From the NCBI GenBank assembly GCA_964471385.1, contig CAYYFJ010000001.1:19133-58046 (forward strand): 38,914 nucleotides of DNA. The letters are read 5' to 3'. Below the pieces are notes generated by a model that saw only the letters and a list, made by a program, of their open reading frames with translations, ran no database searches and had not been told where the DNA came from. The position numbers and the translations under genes were made by a program. Below are positions 1 through 9,226 of this stretch, one piece after another; the first letter of the stretch is position 1; each line of letters starts with the position of its first letter. This DNA is from an uncultured Candidatus Saccharibacteria bacterium (GTDB lineage: Bacteria; Patescibacteriota; Minisyncoccia; Minisyncoccales; UBA10102).

Positions 1-60
1 ATTACGGGGTACGACCCCGCGACGGATCATTACGGGCATTACGGGGTACGACCCCGCGAT
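1..60. repeat. REP-like palindromic element, family B, doublet (units at 1-23 and 38-60, partial copy 28-37)
   Basis: Read directly: attacggggtacgaccccgcga(c/t) occurs twice. The core cgggg-tacga-ccccg can form a hairpin. The unit is the reverse complement of the units at 36877-36925 and 38863-38911. It lies immediately 3' of the dehydrogenase stop codon (66-68). Confidence 0.8.
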
Positions 61-65
61 GGCGA

Positions 66-1094
66 TTAAGAAACAACATTAATGGGATTTCCAGCGAGAA
101 ACCCTGCAATATTTTCGGCGGTGGTGTCAAGAATGCGCTGGAGGGCTTCGGTCGTATTAAAAGCGTTGTGGGGAGTGATGATGACATTGGGCATATCAAT
201 TAAAATATGGTTTGCGAGAATTGTCTTCAGATTGTGTTCTTTGAGGTCGCCCTTCATCAAAAAATCAAGCTCGTCCCGTATGGCTCCCTCTTCTTCCAGC
301 ACGTCCAGCCCGGCTCCTCCCAAATGCCCCTCTTTGAGGGCTTTGACAAGGGCCTCCGTTTCCACAATTCCTCCCCTGCTGGTGTTAATCAGATACGCGC
401 CCTTTTTCATCGTCGCGATTGTTTTGCCGTTCATCAAGTGATGGGTCGCGGGAATATACGGCACATGCAAAGTCACAATGTCGCTTTGCGACAGCAATTC
501 TTCAAAACTTGCGGAAGCCGCGCCCATGTCCTTGAGAAATTTCCCGTCAGCTTGCGTATCGTGCACAAGCACATTCATTTCAAAGCGGCGGCCAATGGCA
601 ACAACATGCCTTCCTATTTTGCCGCACCCCACGACCCCGAGTGTTTTGCCCCGCAAATCAAATCCCCGCAAACCCTGCTGGCTGAAACTTCCGGTTTCCC
701 GAATCTGATCGTACGCCTGATATATGTTGCGCGAAAGACAGAGAATAAGCGCAAACGCGTATTCCGCAACCGTGTACTCCCCGTATGTTGGCACGCTTGA
801 AACGACAATGCCGCGCTTTTTGCATTCGGCAATGTCAATGTGGTCGTATCCGGTGGATCTTGCCGCGATACACTTCAAAGCAGGCATTGCGTCTAGCGCC
901 GCCTTGTCAATGGCAGAATCAACAAACACGGACACAATATCGGCATGGCCAAAATCTGCGGCGCGAGATTTATCAAGAATATCGTCAATAAAAGAAACAG
1001 CGTCACGATGGCGTGAAAGCGCGGGATGTGAAAGAAGATATTGTTTTTCCCATTCTTCAAGCCCGAAAAATGCAATGGCGTGTGATTGAGCCAT
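66..1094 (-). CDS. D-isomer-specific 2-hydroxyacid dehydrogenase family, NAD-binding
   Basis: ORF 66-1283 trimmed to the internal ATG at 1092-1094 (MAQSHAIAFFG...), because the upstream part overlaps the neighbouring gene. Contains GVVGCGKIGR (GxGxxG Rossmann motif) and the family catalytic context NTSRGG...LDV.EEE...ITPHNAF. Confidence 0.85.
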   Translation of the reverse strand: MAQSHAIAFFGLEEWEKQYLLSHPALSRHRDAVSFIDDILDKSRAADFGHADIVSVFVDSAIDKAALDAMPALKCIAARSTGYDHIDIAECKKRGIVVSSVPTYGEYTVAEYAFALILCLSRNIYQAYDQIRETGSFSQQGLRGFDLRGKTLGVVGCGKIGRHVVAIGRRFEMNVLVHDTQADGKFLKDMGAASASFEELLSQSDIVTLHVPYIPATHHLMNGKTIATMKKGAYLINTSRGGIVETEALVKALKEGHLGGAGLDVLEEEGAIRDELDFLMKGDLKEHNLKTILANHILIDMPNVIITPHNAFNTTEALQRILDTTAENIAGFLAGNPINVVS

Positions 1095-1098
1095 ACTG

Positions 1099-1575
1099 TT
1101 AAGAAACAGAGCCGTTCTTGCGGACATGCGCCTGATCCAGTTTTTTGACAATGTCTTCAAGCCGATCGTTCTGGTTTTCCAAATGCTGAATGATGGTTTC
1201 AATTTCCTGCTCGGAACGCAGATGAATCTCGTATTCGTTTTCAGCGCGCGCCTCTGAATGCTTGGCGTCCATATTTTGGCCAATGAGCAACAAAGGCAAA
1301 AGCAAAAGCTGGATCATGTTGGACACAAACAGCCAGAGCACAAACGCAGGAAACGGATCAAAACGCAAGGGTTCTGGCGCATAGGTATTCCACCCGATCC
1401 ACAAAGCCGTCCATAAGGCGAGAATAAGAAAAAAACCCATGGTTCCCACGCGCTTGGTCGCGCGATGGGCGAGTTTCTCAAACCGGTTGAGTTTTCCGTA
1501 ATGCTCAACATTGACGTTGCGCAAAGGAGCGCGAAGCGCTTTTAACTCCTGAAGATTGCGGGGCGCGTATTTCAT
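1099..1575 (-). CDS. DUF1003-family membrane protein
   Basis: 158 aa with two hydrophobic helices (FFLILALWTALWIGW and FVLWLFVSNMIQLLLLPLLLIGQN) followed by a charged coiled C-terminus. This layout is typical of DUF1003. Confidence 0.65.
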   Translation of the reverse strand: MKYAPRNLQELKALRAPLRNVNVEHYGKLNRFEKLAHRATKRVGTMGFFLILALWTALWIGWNTYAPEPLRFDPFPAFVLWLFVSNMIQLLLLPLLLIGQNMDAKHSEARAENEYEIHLRSEQEIETIIQHLENQNDRLEDIVKKLDQAHVRKNGSVS

Positions 1576-1585
1576 GCGATGAACA

Positions 1586-2167
1586 TTATGAAGAAGTTAT
1601 GCCGAGCAGTTCAACTTCAAAAAGCAGGGTCGCGTTTGGAGGAATGGGGCCGCCCGGAGTTCCCACAGATCCGTATCCGTATTGCGGCGGAACTGTCAGC
1701 TTGCGCGCTTCCCCGATTCTCATTCCCTCAAGCCCGACATCCCAACCAAGAATCACCTGCCCCGCACCAAGCGTAAACGTGAAAGGAATCCCCCTGTCGC
1801 GGCTTGAATCAAACTTTGTTCCATTGAGAAATGTTCCCGTATAATGGACAGAAAGCGAATCGCCGCTTTTCGCTCCCGTTCCCGCGCCTTCTTTTACAAT
1901 TTCAACTTTGAGTTCAGATTCCGGAACGGCAATTTGTTGCGGAGGATTTGAAGCAGGTTTTTGCTGTGCTGAAGGAGCAGGTGCCGCTTTCTGCTGAGGC
2001 GCGGCAGCCTCCTCTGTGGGAGACAAAGCCTGCTGTTCAGTTTGAGCAGTTTCTTTTGGCTGGCTCATCTGAGCTAGTTTCTGCGCTTTTTTGGGTCCGG
2101 CGAACAAATAATATGCGCTGGCTCCAATAAGCGCCGCGAAAATTATAGATAGTGCAAGATGTCTCAT
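1586..2167 (-). CDS. FKBP-type peptidyl-prolyl cis-trans isomerase with N-terminal signal/anchor and Q/P/A-rich linker
   Basis: C-terminal [57 protein letters not shown]...[14 protein letters not shown] is a classical FKBP domain. The N-terminus [22 protein letters not shown] is hydrophobic. Confidence 0.88.
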   Translation of the reverse strand: MRHLALSIIFAALIGASAYYLFAGPKKAQKLAQMSQPKETAQTEQQALSPTEEAAAPQQKAAPAPSAQQKPASNPPQQIAVPESELKVEIVKEGAGTGAKSGDSLSVHYTGTFLNGTKFDSSRDRGIPFTFTLGAGQVILGWDVGLEGMRIGEARKLTVPPQYGYGSVGTPGGPIPPNATLLFEVELLGITSS

Positions 2168-2213
2168 AGGAAAAGTGGTTTAAGGTTTTTTCCATTATAC
2201 TACTATACTACGG

Positions 2214-2987
2214 CTAAAACAAAAATGCGAGGAAAAACGCAAACGCGAGCGCGACCCGGTACACCCCGAACCAGATAAAATTTCTTGTCTGAATGTACCG
2301 CAAAAGAAATTGCATGGAATACAGCGCGGTCAGAAACGCCACGCAAAACCCCACAATCAATAGCTCAAACTGGCGAAATGAAAACGCGGACGCATTTTTT
2401 AAAAGATCATACGCCGCGGCTCCTCCAATGGTGGGCACGGCAAGCAGAAAAGAAAATTCCACAATGGCTTTGCGTTCAATGCCAAGGATAAGCCCTCCGA
2501 TGATGGTCGCGGCAGAGCGCGACACGCCGGGAATCATGGCAAGCGACTGGAAAAGCCCCACGAAAAATGCTTGTTTTTGAGAAATCGCGGAAAGGTCTGC
2601 GGCGGTTTTTTTGCCTGCCTGATGAGTCATCTCAAAAAATATAAGAAACAGGCCGCCCAAAAACAAAGCCCACAAGACAATACTGCTGTTGGACAGAAAA
2701 TACCGTTTCACCACGGGATACAGCAATAATCCCAGCGCGCCTGTCGGTAAAAACGCAATCGCGATTTTTTTTACCGTTTCCATGTCGCGGAAGAAAACCC
2801 TTTGGAATAAAAACACGACGGCCGCAATCGCTCCAAGCTGAATGGCAATGTCAAATGTTTTCAAAAATTCCGTTTTGGGAATATCAAAAATCTGCTGAAA
2901 TAAAATAAGGTGGCCGGTGGACGATATGGGAAGAAACTCCGTAATGCCCTCCACGGCCCCAAGCAAAAATGCGGAAATAATATTCAT
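2214..2987 (-). CDS. uppP: Undecaprenyl-diphosphate phosphatase (BacA/UppP)
   Basis: 257-aa polytopic membrane protein with the signature EGITEFLPISSTGHL near the N-terminus and PGVSRSAATI in the second half. Confidence 0.9.
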   Translation of the reverse strand: MNIISAFLLGAVEGITEFLPISSTGHLILFQQIFDIPKTEFLKTFDIAIQLGAIAAVVFLFQRVFFRDMETVKKIAIAFLPTGALGLLLYPVVKRYFLSNSSIVLWALFLGGLFLIFFEMTHQAGKKTAADLSAISQKQAFFVGLFQSLAMIPGVSRSAATIIGGLILGIERKAIVEFSFLLAVPTIGGAAAYDLLKNASAFSFRQFELLIVGFCVAFLTALYSMQFLLRYIQTRNFIWFGVYRVALAFAFFLAFLF

Positions 2988-3033
2988 ATATTACATATGT
3001 ATATCATAAACAACTGAATTTCGCGAGATCCCA

Positions 3034-3069
3034 TAAAACAAACCCAGCACTCATATTGAGTGCTGGGTT
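3034..3069 (-). terminator. Rho-independent terminator downstream of RRM gene 1
   Basis: 13-bp perfect stem aacccagcactca / tgagtgctgggtt (3041-3053 and 3057-3069). On the minus strand it is followed by TTTGTTTTAT. Confidence 0.7.
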
Positions 3070-3085
3070 GTGTAAGAACAAAATC

Positions 3086-3352
3086 TTACGCGGCGGATCT
3101 GGGAGCCATCTCACGCGCCTCGTTGACGGTGAGCATTCTTCCATCCAGTTCCTTGCCGTTGAACATTTCAATCGCGCTCTGCGCTTCCTCTTCCGTGGAC
3201 ATTTCCACGAATCCGAAGCCGCGAGATCTTCCGGAAATGCGGTCAACAATGATTGTTGCCGATTCTACTGTTCCGGCCTGCGCGAATGTGTTCCGCAAGG
3301 TTTCCTCGTTTGTCTGAAAAGACAAACCGCCTATATACAATCGTTTTGCCAT
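3086..3352 (-). CDS. RRM-domain RNA-binding protein (RNP-1/RNP-2), paralog 1
   Basis: ORF trimmed to the ATG at 3350-3352 (MAKRLYIGGLSF = RNP-2). RGFGFVEM = RNP-1. 88 aa. Confidence 0.85.
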   Translation of the reverse strand: MAKRLYIGGLSFQTNEETLRNTFAQAGTVESATIIVDRISGRSRGFGFVEMSTEEEAQSAIEMFNGKELDGRMLTVNEAREMAPRSAA

Positions 3353-3465
3353 GTGTTGGAACGAACTATTTGTTACTGTTGAGAGGACGACCGTCTCCTT
3401 TTTGCTTTTGGCCGATTGTATGGACGGCTGTGAAAACAAAACGAGAACTACCTCTAACGATTTGT

Positions 3466-3494
3466 ATTATACCAGATGAGATTATAAAAGTCAA
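3466..3494 (-). promoter_or_regulatory. Sigma70-type promoter for RRM gene 1 (TTGACT-N17-TATAAT)
   Basis: Minus strand reads cTTGACTtttataatctcatctggTATAATac. The -35 is at 3489-3494 and the -10 at 3466-3471, with a 17-nt spacer. This predicts a leader of about 105 nt. Confidence 0.6.
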
Positions 3495-3512
3495 GTTTTT
3501 ACAACTATGGGG

Positions 3513-5276
3513 TTATGGCGCTATGGGAAGTGAAAAACTGAAGACGCTTCCTTTGCCAAGCTCTGAAGAAAACCAAATCTTCCCCTGCATGCGCTCCACA
3601 AGCTCTTTTACGATAAAAAGGCCGAGTCCGGTTCCGGGAACCGAATCTTTTTTCGCCGCGCTCGCTCTGAAAAACTTTTCAAAAATATGTTGCTGTTCCT
3701 TAGGGTCAATGCCCTTCCCCTGATCCTGAATATGCGTAACAAGAAACTGCCCGTTTTGCTCGTGCGATATTGTTATATTTTTCTTTTCGTCGCTGTATTT
3801 GATTGCGTTTGAAAGAAGATTTCTCGCGATTTCTTCAACGCGCAGAGATTGGGAAAAAACCAATGGAACATCTGCGGGAGGCGCGTAGCTCATAGTAATA
3901 CGCTTTTCTTTGGCGAGAGGGGTTAGTTCCTGAATGACCAGCCGCACGCTTTTCACCACGTCCACGGGCTCCCCTTTAATTTCAAGGCGCCCCGCTTCCG
4001 CTCGCGCGATTGTCAGAATCTCATCCACCAACAGGGAAAGATGCTCTGCCGCCTCTCCGATTCTCTGAATATACTGCTTTCCCGCCGCGCTTAACGCGGC
4101 CTTCTGGACAGTCATAAACTCGGATATGTACCAGCGTATGGCAGTCAGGGGGGTGCGCAATTCATGGGAAGCGATAAACACAAACTCATTCTGCAGTTCG
4201 CGCAGACGCTTCAATCCCTGAACCATTTTATTAAACGAGTTTCCCAAATCCTCAAGCTCGTCGTTTGTCTGGATAATAACCTTCCTTTCAAAATTTCCTT
4301 TTTCCACTTCCGCGGCCCCCGCCTGCAGTTCCCGTATGGGAGCGACAAGCCGTTCCACAAGAAACGGAACAATGAGAAAAATCGCAAGTATGGTGTACAG
4401 CAGAGTCTGAATTCCCTGCGACCGGATTTTGTAAAGAGCGGAGTTGGCGTCTTCAAGAGGCCACTCCACAAGCATTGCCCATCCGGTTAGCGGAATCTTT
4501 TTGCCCGCTCCCACCACGGAAACCTTGCCAAACTGGCTGAAATACCGGTCGGTGTTTTGGAATCCGTCAAACGCGGCGCCCGCCAGCACAGAGGCAACTC
4601 TTGGAATGCCGTTCGCGTCAATGCCGGATTCCAATGGAATGCGGCCTCCCTGCGCGATAAGCCGGCCCTGCTCGTCTGCGAGCGCGAGATACCCTTCGCC
4701 GCCGAGCCGCGCGGTCAGCACGGTATTGACCAGCGTTGAAAGATTGAGTCTGCCTGAAAGAATTTGGATAGTGTTTCCGTTTCTGTTCCGCACGGGAGAA
4801 GAAAGAGTCACAAAGAGACCTCCCTGCCCATATTCAACAGTCCCGATAAAATCGTTTCCGGAAAGAGGCGCAAGGTATGACGGCAAATTGGAAACATCGC
4901 GAAGAGGAGTATTTTCTTTGCCTGCGGACTGGGACTTCTTGGAGGTCTCGCGCCCCTGCAAATTAATAAAACTCACCTCTTCTAACGCGTCGTTCTCGCG
5001 CAAAAATCCGTCCAAAAGAAACTCCTGGTCCGCAACGGAAATTTCTGTTTTTTCCACAAACCCGACGCGCAATTTCAAAAGACTTACCGCGTCGTTGAAA
5101 AACGTGTTTACCTTTTCAACGTTTTGATTTAAAAATTGCTGTTCTGACGCGCCAATATCTTTACGGTAGGCGCTGCTCAAAAATGTGTACGTGAGAAAAC
5201 TCAAGGCAATCACCGGCGCGCCCGCGAACACGAGAAGAAACACCAAAAATCTGTTTCGCAAAATATTTTTCCGCAT
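3513..5276 (-). CDS. Sensor histidine kinase (TM, extracytoplasmic sensor domain, TM, HAMP, HisKA, HATPase_c)
   Basis: H-box FIASHELRTPLTAI, N-box LLSNAIKYS, G1 DQGKGID, G2 GTGLGLFIVKELV. A HAMP-like segment follows the second TM helix. No response regulator is adjacent. Confidence 0.88.
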   Translation of the reverse strand: MRKNILRNRFLVFLLVFAGAPVIALSFLTYTFLSSAYRKDIGASEQQFLNQNVEKVNTFFNDAVSLLKLRVGFVEKTEISVADQEFLLDGFLRENDALEEVSFINLQGRETSKKSQSAGKENTPLRDVSNLPSYLAPLSGNDFIGTVEYGQGGLFVTLSSPVRNRNGNTIQILSGRLNLSTLVNTVLTARLGGEGYLALADEQGRLIAQGGRIPLESGIDANGIPRVASVLAGAAFDGFQNTDRYFSQFGKVSVVGAGKKIPLTGWAMLVEWPLEDANSALYKIRSQGIQTLLYTILAIFLIVPFLVERLVAPIRELQAGAAEVEKGNFERKVIIQTNDELEDLGNSFNKMVQGLKRLRELQNEFVFIASHELRTPLTAIRWYISEFMTVQKAALSAAGKQYIQRIGEAAEHLSLLVDEILTIARAEAGRLEIKGEPVDVVKSVRLVIQELTPLAKEKRITMSYAPPADVPLVFSQSLRVEEIARNLLSNAIKYSDEKKNITISHEQNGQFLVTHIQDQGKGIDPKEQQHIFEKFFRASAAKKDSVPGTGLGLFIVKELVERMQGKIWFSSELGKGSVFSFSLPIAP

Positions 5277-5282
5277 TCATGC

Positions 5283-5288
5283 ATTATA
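5283..5288 (-). promoter_or_regulatory. Candidate -10 box (TATAAT) 6 nt upstream of the kinase ATG, possible leaderless transcript
   Basis: Minus strand reads gtgTATAATgcatgaATGcgg. I found no convincing -35. Confidence 0.3.
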
Positions 5289-5314
5289 CACAAAAATAAT
5301 CTTTCGCGATACTT

Positions 5315-5500
5315 TTGTATAAGGTAACGCAAACACTTCAAAGTCCTGACTATGTTTTTCCTTCTTATTCAGATAGGATGAAGGCATACAAAAGATTCGG
5401 CAAGTTATATCTAAAAGTGATTTTTAAGAGAGAAAAAGAAAATGTACTTGTCATCACTCAACATTGGGAAGAAACATTTAAGCCGCTAAAAAACATATGA
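5315..5500 (+). pseudogene. Short DUF4258-like toxin-type ORF, apparently N-terminally truncated
   Basis: C-terminal pattern KRFGKLYLKVIFKREKENVLVITQHW resembles the C-terminal beta-strands of DUF4258 proteins that pair with DUF2283. The ORF begins at a TTG and is only 61 aa (40 aa from the first ATG). It overlaps the next gene by ATGA. Confidence 0.35.
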
Positions 5501-5715
5501 GAATTGATTATGATCCAAAAGCGGACGCGCTCAACATTACGTTCCGAAATGGAAAAGTCAAAAAAACTGTTGAGCTAGCTCCTGAAGTGAACTTAGACCT
5601 TGACCTTAAAGGAAGACCTTTGTATTTGGAGATTATCGGAGCGGCAGAAAAGTTTGGCAAAAAATATCTCTCCGGCGTCCAGCTCAAAAACTTAAAAGCT
5701 GTTGCCGCCTCATAG
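5497..5715 (+). CDS. DUF2283-family protein (putative antitoxin-like partner)
   Basis: MRIDYDPKADALNITF...LDLD..GRPLYLEII matches the characteristic DUF2283 pattern. 72 aa. Confidence 0.7.
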   Translation: MRIDYDPKADALNITFRNGKVKKTVELAPEVNLDLDLKGRPLYLEIIGAAEKFGKKYLSGVQLKNLKAVAAS

Positions 5716-5746
5716 CAGCTGTTCAAAAAACAAAACATCTCACAAC

Positions 5747-5775
5747 AAAAACAGACCCCTAGCGGGTCTGTTTTT
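5747..5775. terminator. Bidirectional Rho-independent terminator between convergent genes
   Basis: aaaaa-CAGACCC-ctagc-GGGTCTG-ttttt: a 7-bp stem flanked by an A-tract and a T-tract. Confidence 0.7.
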
Positions 5776-5813
5776 GTTGAGACAAACCAGGTTTGTTGAG
5801 ATAAACCAGGTTT
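5776..5813. repeat. Two tandem 19-bp units gttgaga(c/t)aaaccaggttt
   Basis: Read directly. Identity is 18/19. Each unit contains the mini-palindrome aaacc-a-ggttt. Confidence 0.7.
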
Positions 5814-5840
5814 ACTTAGCCCTGCCAGTCTTGATTGGGA

Positions 5841-7037
5841 TCACTTGTAGCGGAGAGCGTCAAGAGGGTTCATTTTGGAGGCGCGGCGCGCGGGCCACAT
5901 GCCGCCAAATAAACCTACCATGGTGGAAAGCGCCACGATAAATAACAGAAACCACGGGGGATAATAAAACAGGTGCAGGGTTTTGCCCCCGAACGAATTT
6001 GCAATCGCGTTGAAAATCAGGTTGACTCCCTCGCTGAACAAAATGCCAATGATAATGCCCGCGGCTCCCCCCATAAACCCAATAAGCGTCGCCTCCCCGA
6101 GAAAAAGCCGCTTCACATCCCCGGGCGCGGCGCCGATTGCGCGCATAATGCCAATTTCATTGGTTCTTTCCAGCAAAGAAATAGTCATGGTGTTGATAAG
6201 CCCAATAGCCGCGACCACAAGAGCGATGATGCCAAACACGCCCAGCACGATTTGTATGATGCGGAAAATTTTGTTTGCCTGATCAATGGTGTCAGACAGG
6301 GCAGACACGCGGAATCCTTTTTCCAGCAGGGAGGTCTGCGTGTCTTCCATTGGCTTGCCGCCGCGCGCCACTTTTACTTTTGCAAACTGGTATTCTGAAA
6401 TTTGCACGTCGGGCGCGTCAACCCTGTTCATAAACACTTCCCCTGAACTGTCCCCTTTTTCCACCACTCCCGCCACGGTAAAAGGCTGTTCCATTTGCAC
6501 GGTTTCAATTTCCGCGCTTTCTTTTTCTTTGGGAAGTAAAAACAGGAACAAAAATTCTTTGCCTACAATCGCCTCCGGGGATTCGTCAAACAGCTTTGCG
6601 ACTGTTGTGTTCACGACAATCTGATTTTTGTCATCTGAAGTGAATAATCTTCCCGCCTGCGGAAGCATTCCTTCAAGCTGAAATATGTCGGGCTCCACCA
6701 GATTGACAATCGCCTGCGCGGTAACGCCTTCTTTGTACATCGCGGCCGTCACGCTGGCTTGCGCGCTTACTTTTTCCACATTGGGCAAAGACAAAATTTC
6801 TTTGATTTTATCCTCGTTCAAACGAATGCTGGGGTCAGACGGTATAATGTCAATGGACAACAGGGATTCTGTCGTGGTGATTTTCTCAAGCAGAATGCGC
6901 TGAAGCCCGTAGCCGAGCGACACCAAAAACAGCACCGCGGAAATTGCAATGGCAACTCCCAGCGCGGTAAGAATGACGCGGGATTTGCGGTTCTGAAAAT
7001 TTTTGACGCTTAAATATAAAAGATCGCGAATATGCAT
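5841..7037 (-). CDS. ABC transporter permease, FtsX/MacB family
   Basis: 398 aa. It has an N-terminal TM helix, a roughly 230-aa extracytoplasmic domain and three C-terminal TM helices with the FtsX-type pattern (LLERTNEIGIMRAIGA). Confidence 0.85.
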   Translation of the reverse strand: MHIRDLLYLSVKNFQNRKSRVILTALGVAIAISAVLFLVSLGYGLQRILLEKITTTESLLSIDIIPSDPSIRLNEDKIKEILSLPNVEKVSAQASVTAAMYKEGVTAQAIVNLVEPDIFQLEGMLPQAGRLFTSDDKNQIVVNTTVAKLFDESPEAIVGKEFLFLFLLPKEKESAEIETVQMEQPFTVAGVVEKGDSSGEVFMNRVDAPDVQISEYQFAKVKVARGGKPMEDTQTSLLEKGFRVSALSDTIDQANKIFRIIQIVLGVFGIIALVVAAIGLINTMTISLLERTNEIGIMRAIGAAPGDVKRLFLGEATLIGFMGGAAGIIIGILFSEGVNLIFNAIANSFGGKTLHLFYYPPWFLLFIVALSTMVGLFGGMWPARRASKMNPLDALRYK

Positions 7038-7049
7038 GGTGGTTGTGCG

Positions 7050-9185
7050 TTACTCTTTCATGAGAATAAGCTCTATTTCTCTCGCGAATCTCCTTGCGGT
7101 GCGGCTGTTCAAGCCAACGCCTTTTTCGCGGAACGGCAAGTCAAGGACGCGGGCAAATTCTTCATTGCTGATTTTCCCGAGCAAACGGGAAAGTAAAACA
7201 TCTTCAAGACGTTTTACCTGATCAAACGACAGCTTGCCTTTGTACCCGTCAAGCAGATAGCCCCGCAGGTTTTGCGCCCTCTCTTCAAGAGGAGTCAGGG
7301 TCGGATAGGGCTCCTGCGATATCATTTTGATTTCCTCCACAAGCTTGCCGATATTTTCTGAAAGCTCGCGGGCTCTCTGCACGTACAGCCCCGCTCCTCC
7401 TTTTTCTTGGGGAGTGTTGAGCATGTGGAACAGCGCGGCTTTGGATATATTGTTAAGAATAAAGTTTTCAATGGTCTCTTCAATTCTCTGCTGGATGTCA
7501 ACCGCGTAGGGCAAAAGCAAGTGGTGCAGAATAAGCTTGGAGCGCAAACGGGATTCCGTAAGATACGGGTATGCCTGCGCCAACTGATCCAGTTCTGAAA
7601 TGCGCTCCGGGGTCAGGCGGCTGGGACCCGGCTTTCCCGCGTTTCTGACCACGCGCTCTATTTTGCCGTCCCGCATGAAGAAGACGCGGTTTGCGTAGTG
7701 AAGGTCCCGGGGATTGTGGGTTACATGGACCACGGTCTTGCCGTCTTTCCGGTTTATCTCTTCAAGCAATTTCAGCACAATGTCCGCGTTTTTAGAGTCA
7801 AGGTTTCCGACCGGCTCGTCGGCAAAAATAATGGAGGGGTTGTTCACAAGCGCCCTCGCAATGGATGTTCTTTGCTGTTGTCCCCCTGAAAGCATAGAGG
7901 GTTTTCTCGCGGCAAAATCCGCGATGCCGAATTTCTCCATGAGTTCCTGCACCCGCCGCTCGCGCTTTTGCGAAGGCACGCCCGCGAACACCTGAGGGAG
8001 CATAATGTTGTCCCGCGCGCTCAAATTGGGAATGAGATAATACGCCTGAAACACCATGCCAAGCGTCGTGCGATGGAACCAAATGAGCTCTTTGGCATTC
8101 ATGCGGGTCAGCTCTTTTCCTTCCACCTGAATTTTCCCCGCGGTGGTTCTTTCAAGCCCGGCAATCGCGTACAACAGCGTGGATTTTCCGCACCCTGACG
8201 GCCCGAAAAATGTAACATATTCTCCGGGATACACCTCAAGCGAAATGTCAGACAAGGCGCGCGTCTCATTGCTTTTTCCCATGTCATACACCACGCTCAC
8301 GCGCTCCAAGCGTATAAGCGGCGCCTGCCCTGCTGAAGAAATAGTTGCGCCTTCAACGCGTTCAGCTGGCGCGGCGGCGGCGCTGGAAAGAGCAGGGGGA
8401 ACAATATACTGTTTTTTCCGCCGCTGAAAAAACAAAAAAATCCCTGCGGCATTTATGCGCCCCAAAGAAAAAAGGGTTTTCAGGTAAAAAATGCCTCGCC
8501 AACATGCAAGCAACGCGCCTGCAATAGAAAAAAGCGTTTGCTTGCCTAATTGAATTATCCGCTGACCTGCCCGCCGCAGCTTGAGCATAGGCTGGCTTGT
8601 CTGACGCAGGCCATCCAAAAGAAACGAACGCAAATTTGTCCGCCGAAACTCCAGAAGCGAAGGCAAACGTTTCCACAGCAGTGCTGAGCTTTGCAGAAGA
8701 AACGCAGATAGAGGCTTCATCCTTTCTCGTATGGAAGAAAAAAACGCTGATAAGTCTTGCAGAATCTGCGTGAGTTCGCCGGCAGAAAAACGAGTAAAAT
8801 TGCCGGCCAAAAAAATCATATGTTCAATCCGCAGCTGAGAAGAATACAAAAACGATTCTTTCTTTAAGCCAATGTCGCCAACCCATTTCTTGATAAAAAC
8901 CGCAGGGCGTTCCCATTGGAAAGAACGCAAGAACGATTCTATGGAAAAGTTCGCGTCTTCAATCCATTTTTTTGCGGAAACTGCCGCGCGTTCCCAGTGA
9001 AACGCAGTGAGGCGCCCTGTTTGAGAAATCAAAGAAAAAATAAACAGAACGGATTGTTCCCACGCGTTTCGCGCGCCTTCCGCAGCATGCCAAACAAAGT
9101 CAAAACGAATGGACTGAATAAAATTGGAAAAACGGCGAATAATCTCCTTGAATCTTTCTTGCATATCTTCTCCCCAATACTTCAT
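7050..9185 (-). CDS. ABC transporter ATP-binding protein (MacB/LolD-like core) with about 290-aa N-terminal and about 200-aa C-terminal extensions
   Basis: Walker A GPSGCGKST, Q-loop, signature LSGGQQQR, Walker B IIFADEP, H-loop THN. The extensions are read from the ORF translation. Confidence 0.85.
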   Translation of the reverse strand: MKYWGEDMQERFKEIIRRFSNFIQSIRFDFVWHAAEGARNAWEQSVLFIFSLISQTGRLTAFHWERAAVSAKKWIEDANFSIESFLRSFQWERPAVFIKKWVGDIGLKKESFLYSSQLRIEHMIFLAGNFTRFSAGELTQILQDLSAFFSSIRERMKPLSAFLLQSSALLWKRLPSLLEFRRTNLRSFLLDGLRQTSQPMLKLRRAGQRIIQLGKQTLFSIAGALLACWRGIFYLKTLFSLGRINAAGIFLFFQRRKKQYIVPPALSSAAAAPAERVEGATISSAGQAPLIRLERVSVVYDMGKSNETRALSDISLEVYPGEYVTFFGPSGCGKSTLLYAIAGLERTTAGKIQVEGKELTRMNAKELIWFHRTTLGMVFQAYYLIPNLSARDNIMLPQVFAGVPSQKRERRVQELMEKFGIADFAARKPSMLSGGQQQRTSIARALVNNPSIIFADEPVGNLDSKNADIVLKLLEEINRKDGKTVVHVTHNPRDLHYANRVFFMRDGKIERVVRNAGKPGPSRLTPERISELDQLAQAYPYLTESRLRSKLILHHLLLPYAVDIQQRIEETIENFILNNISKAALFHMLNTPQEKGGAGLYVQRARELSENIGKLVEEIKMISQEPYPTLTPLEERAQNLRGYLLDGYKGKLSFDQVKRLEDVLLSRLLGKISNEEFARVLDLPFREKGVGLNSRTARRFAREIELILMKE

Positions 9186-9226
9186 ACCGAATACTTAATA
9201 CTGCATACTAAATACCACATGCGTAA

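Noticed and set aside
1095-1283. N-terminal 63-aa extension of the dehydrogenase ORF (66-1283)
   Set aside because: The extension overlaps the 3' end of the DUF1003 gene in another frame and has basic junk-like composition. The family N-terminus begins at MAQSHAIAFFG (ATG 1094).
3513-5276. Orphan histidine kinase (no response regulator adjacent) and ECF-like sigma factor (29728-30402, no anti-sigma adjacent) as an unusual signalling arrangement
   Set aside because: Orphan kinases and ECF sigma factors without adjacent partners are common. Nothing in the sequence links the two genes.
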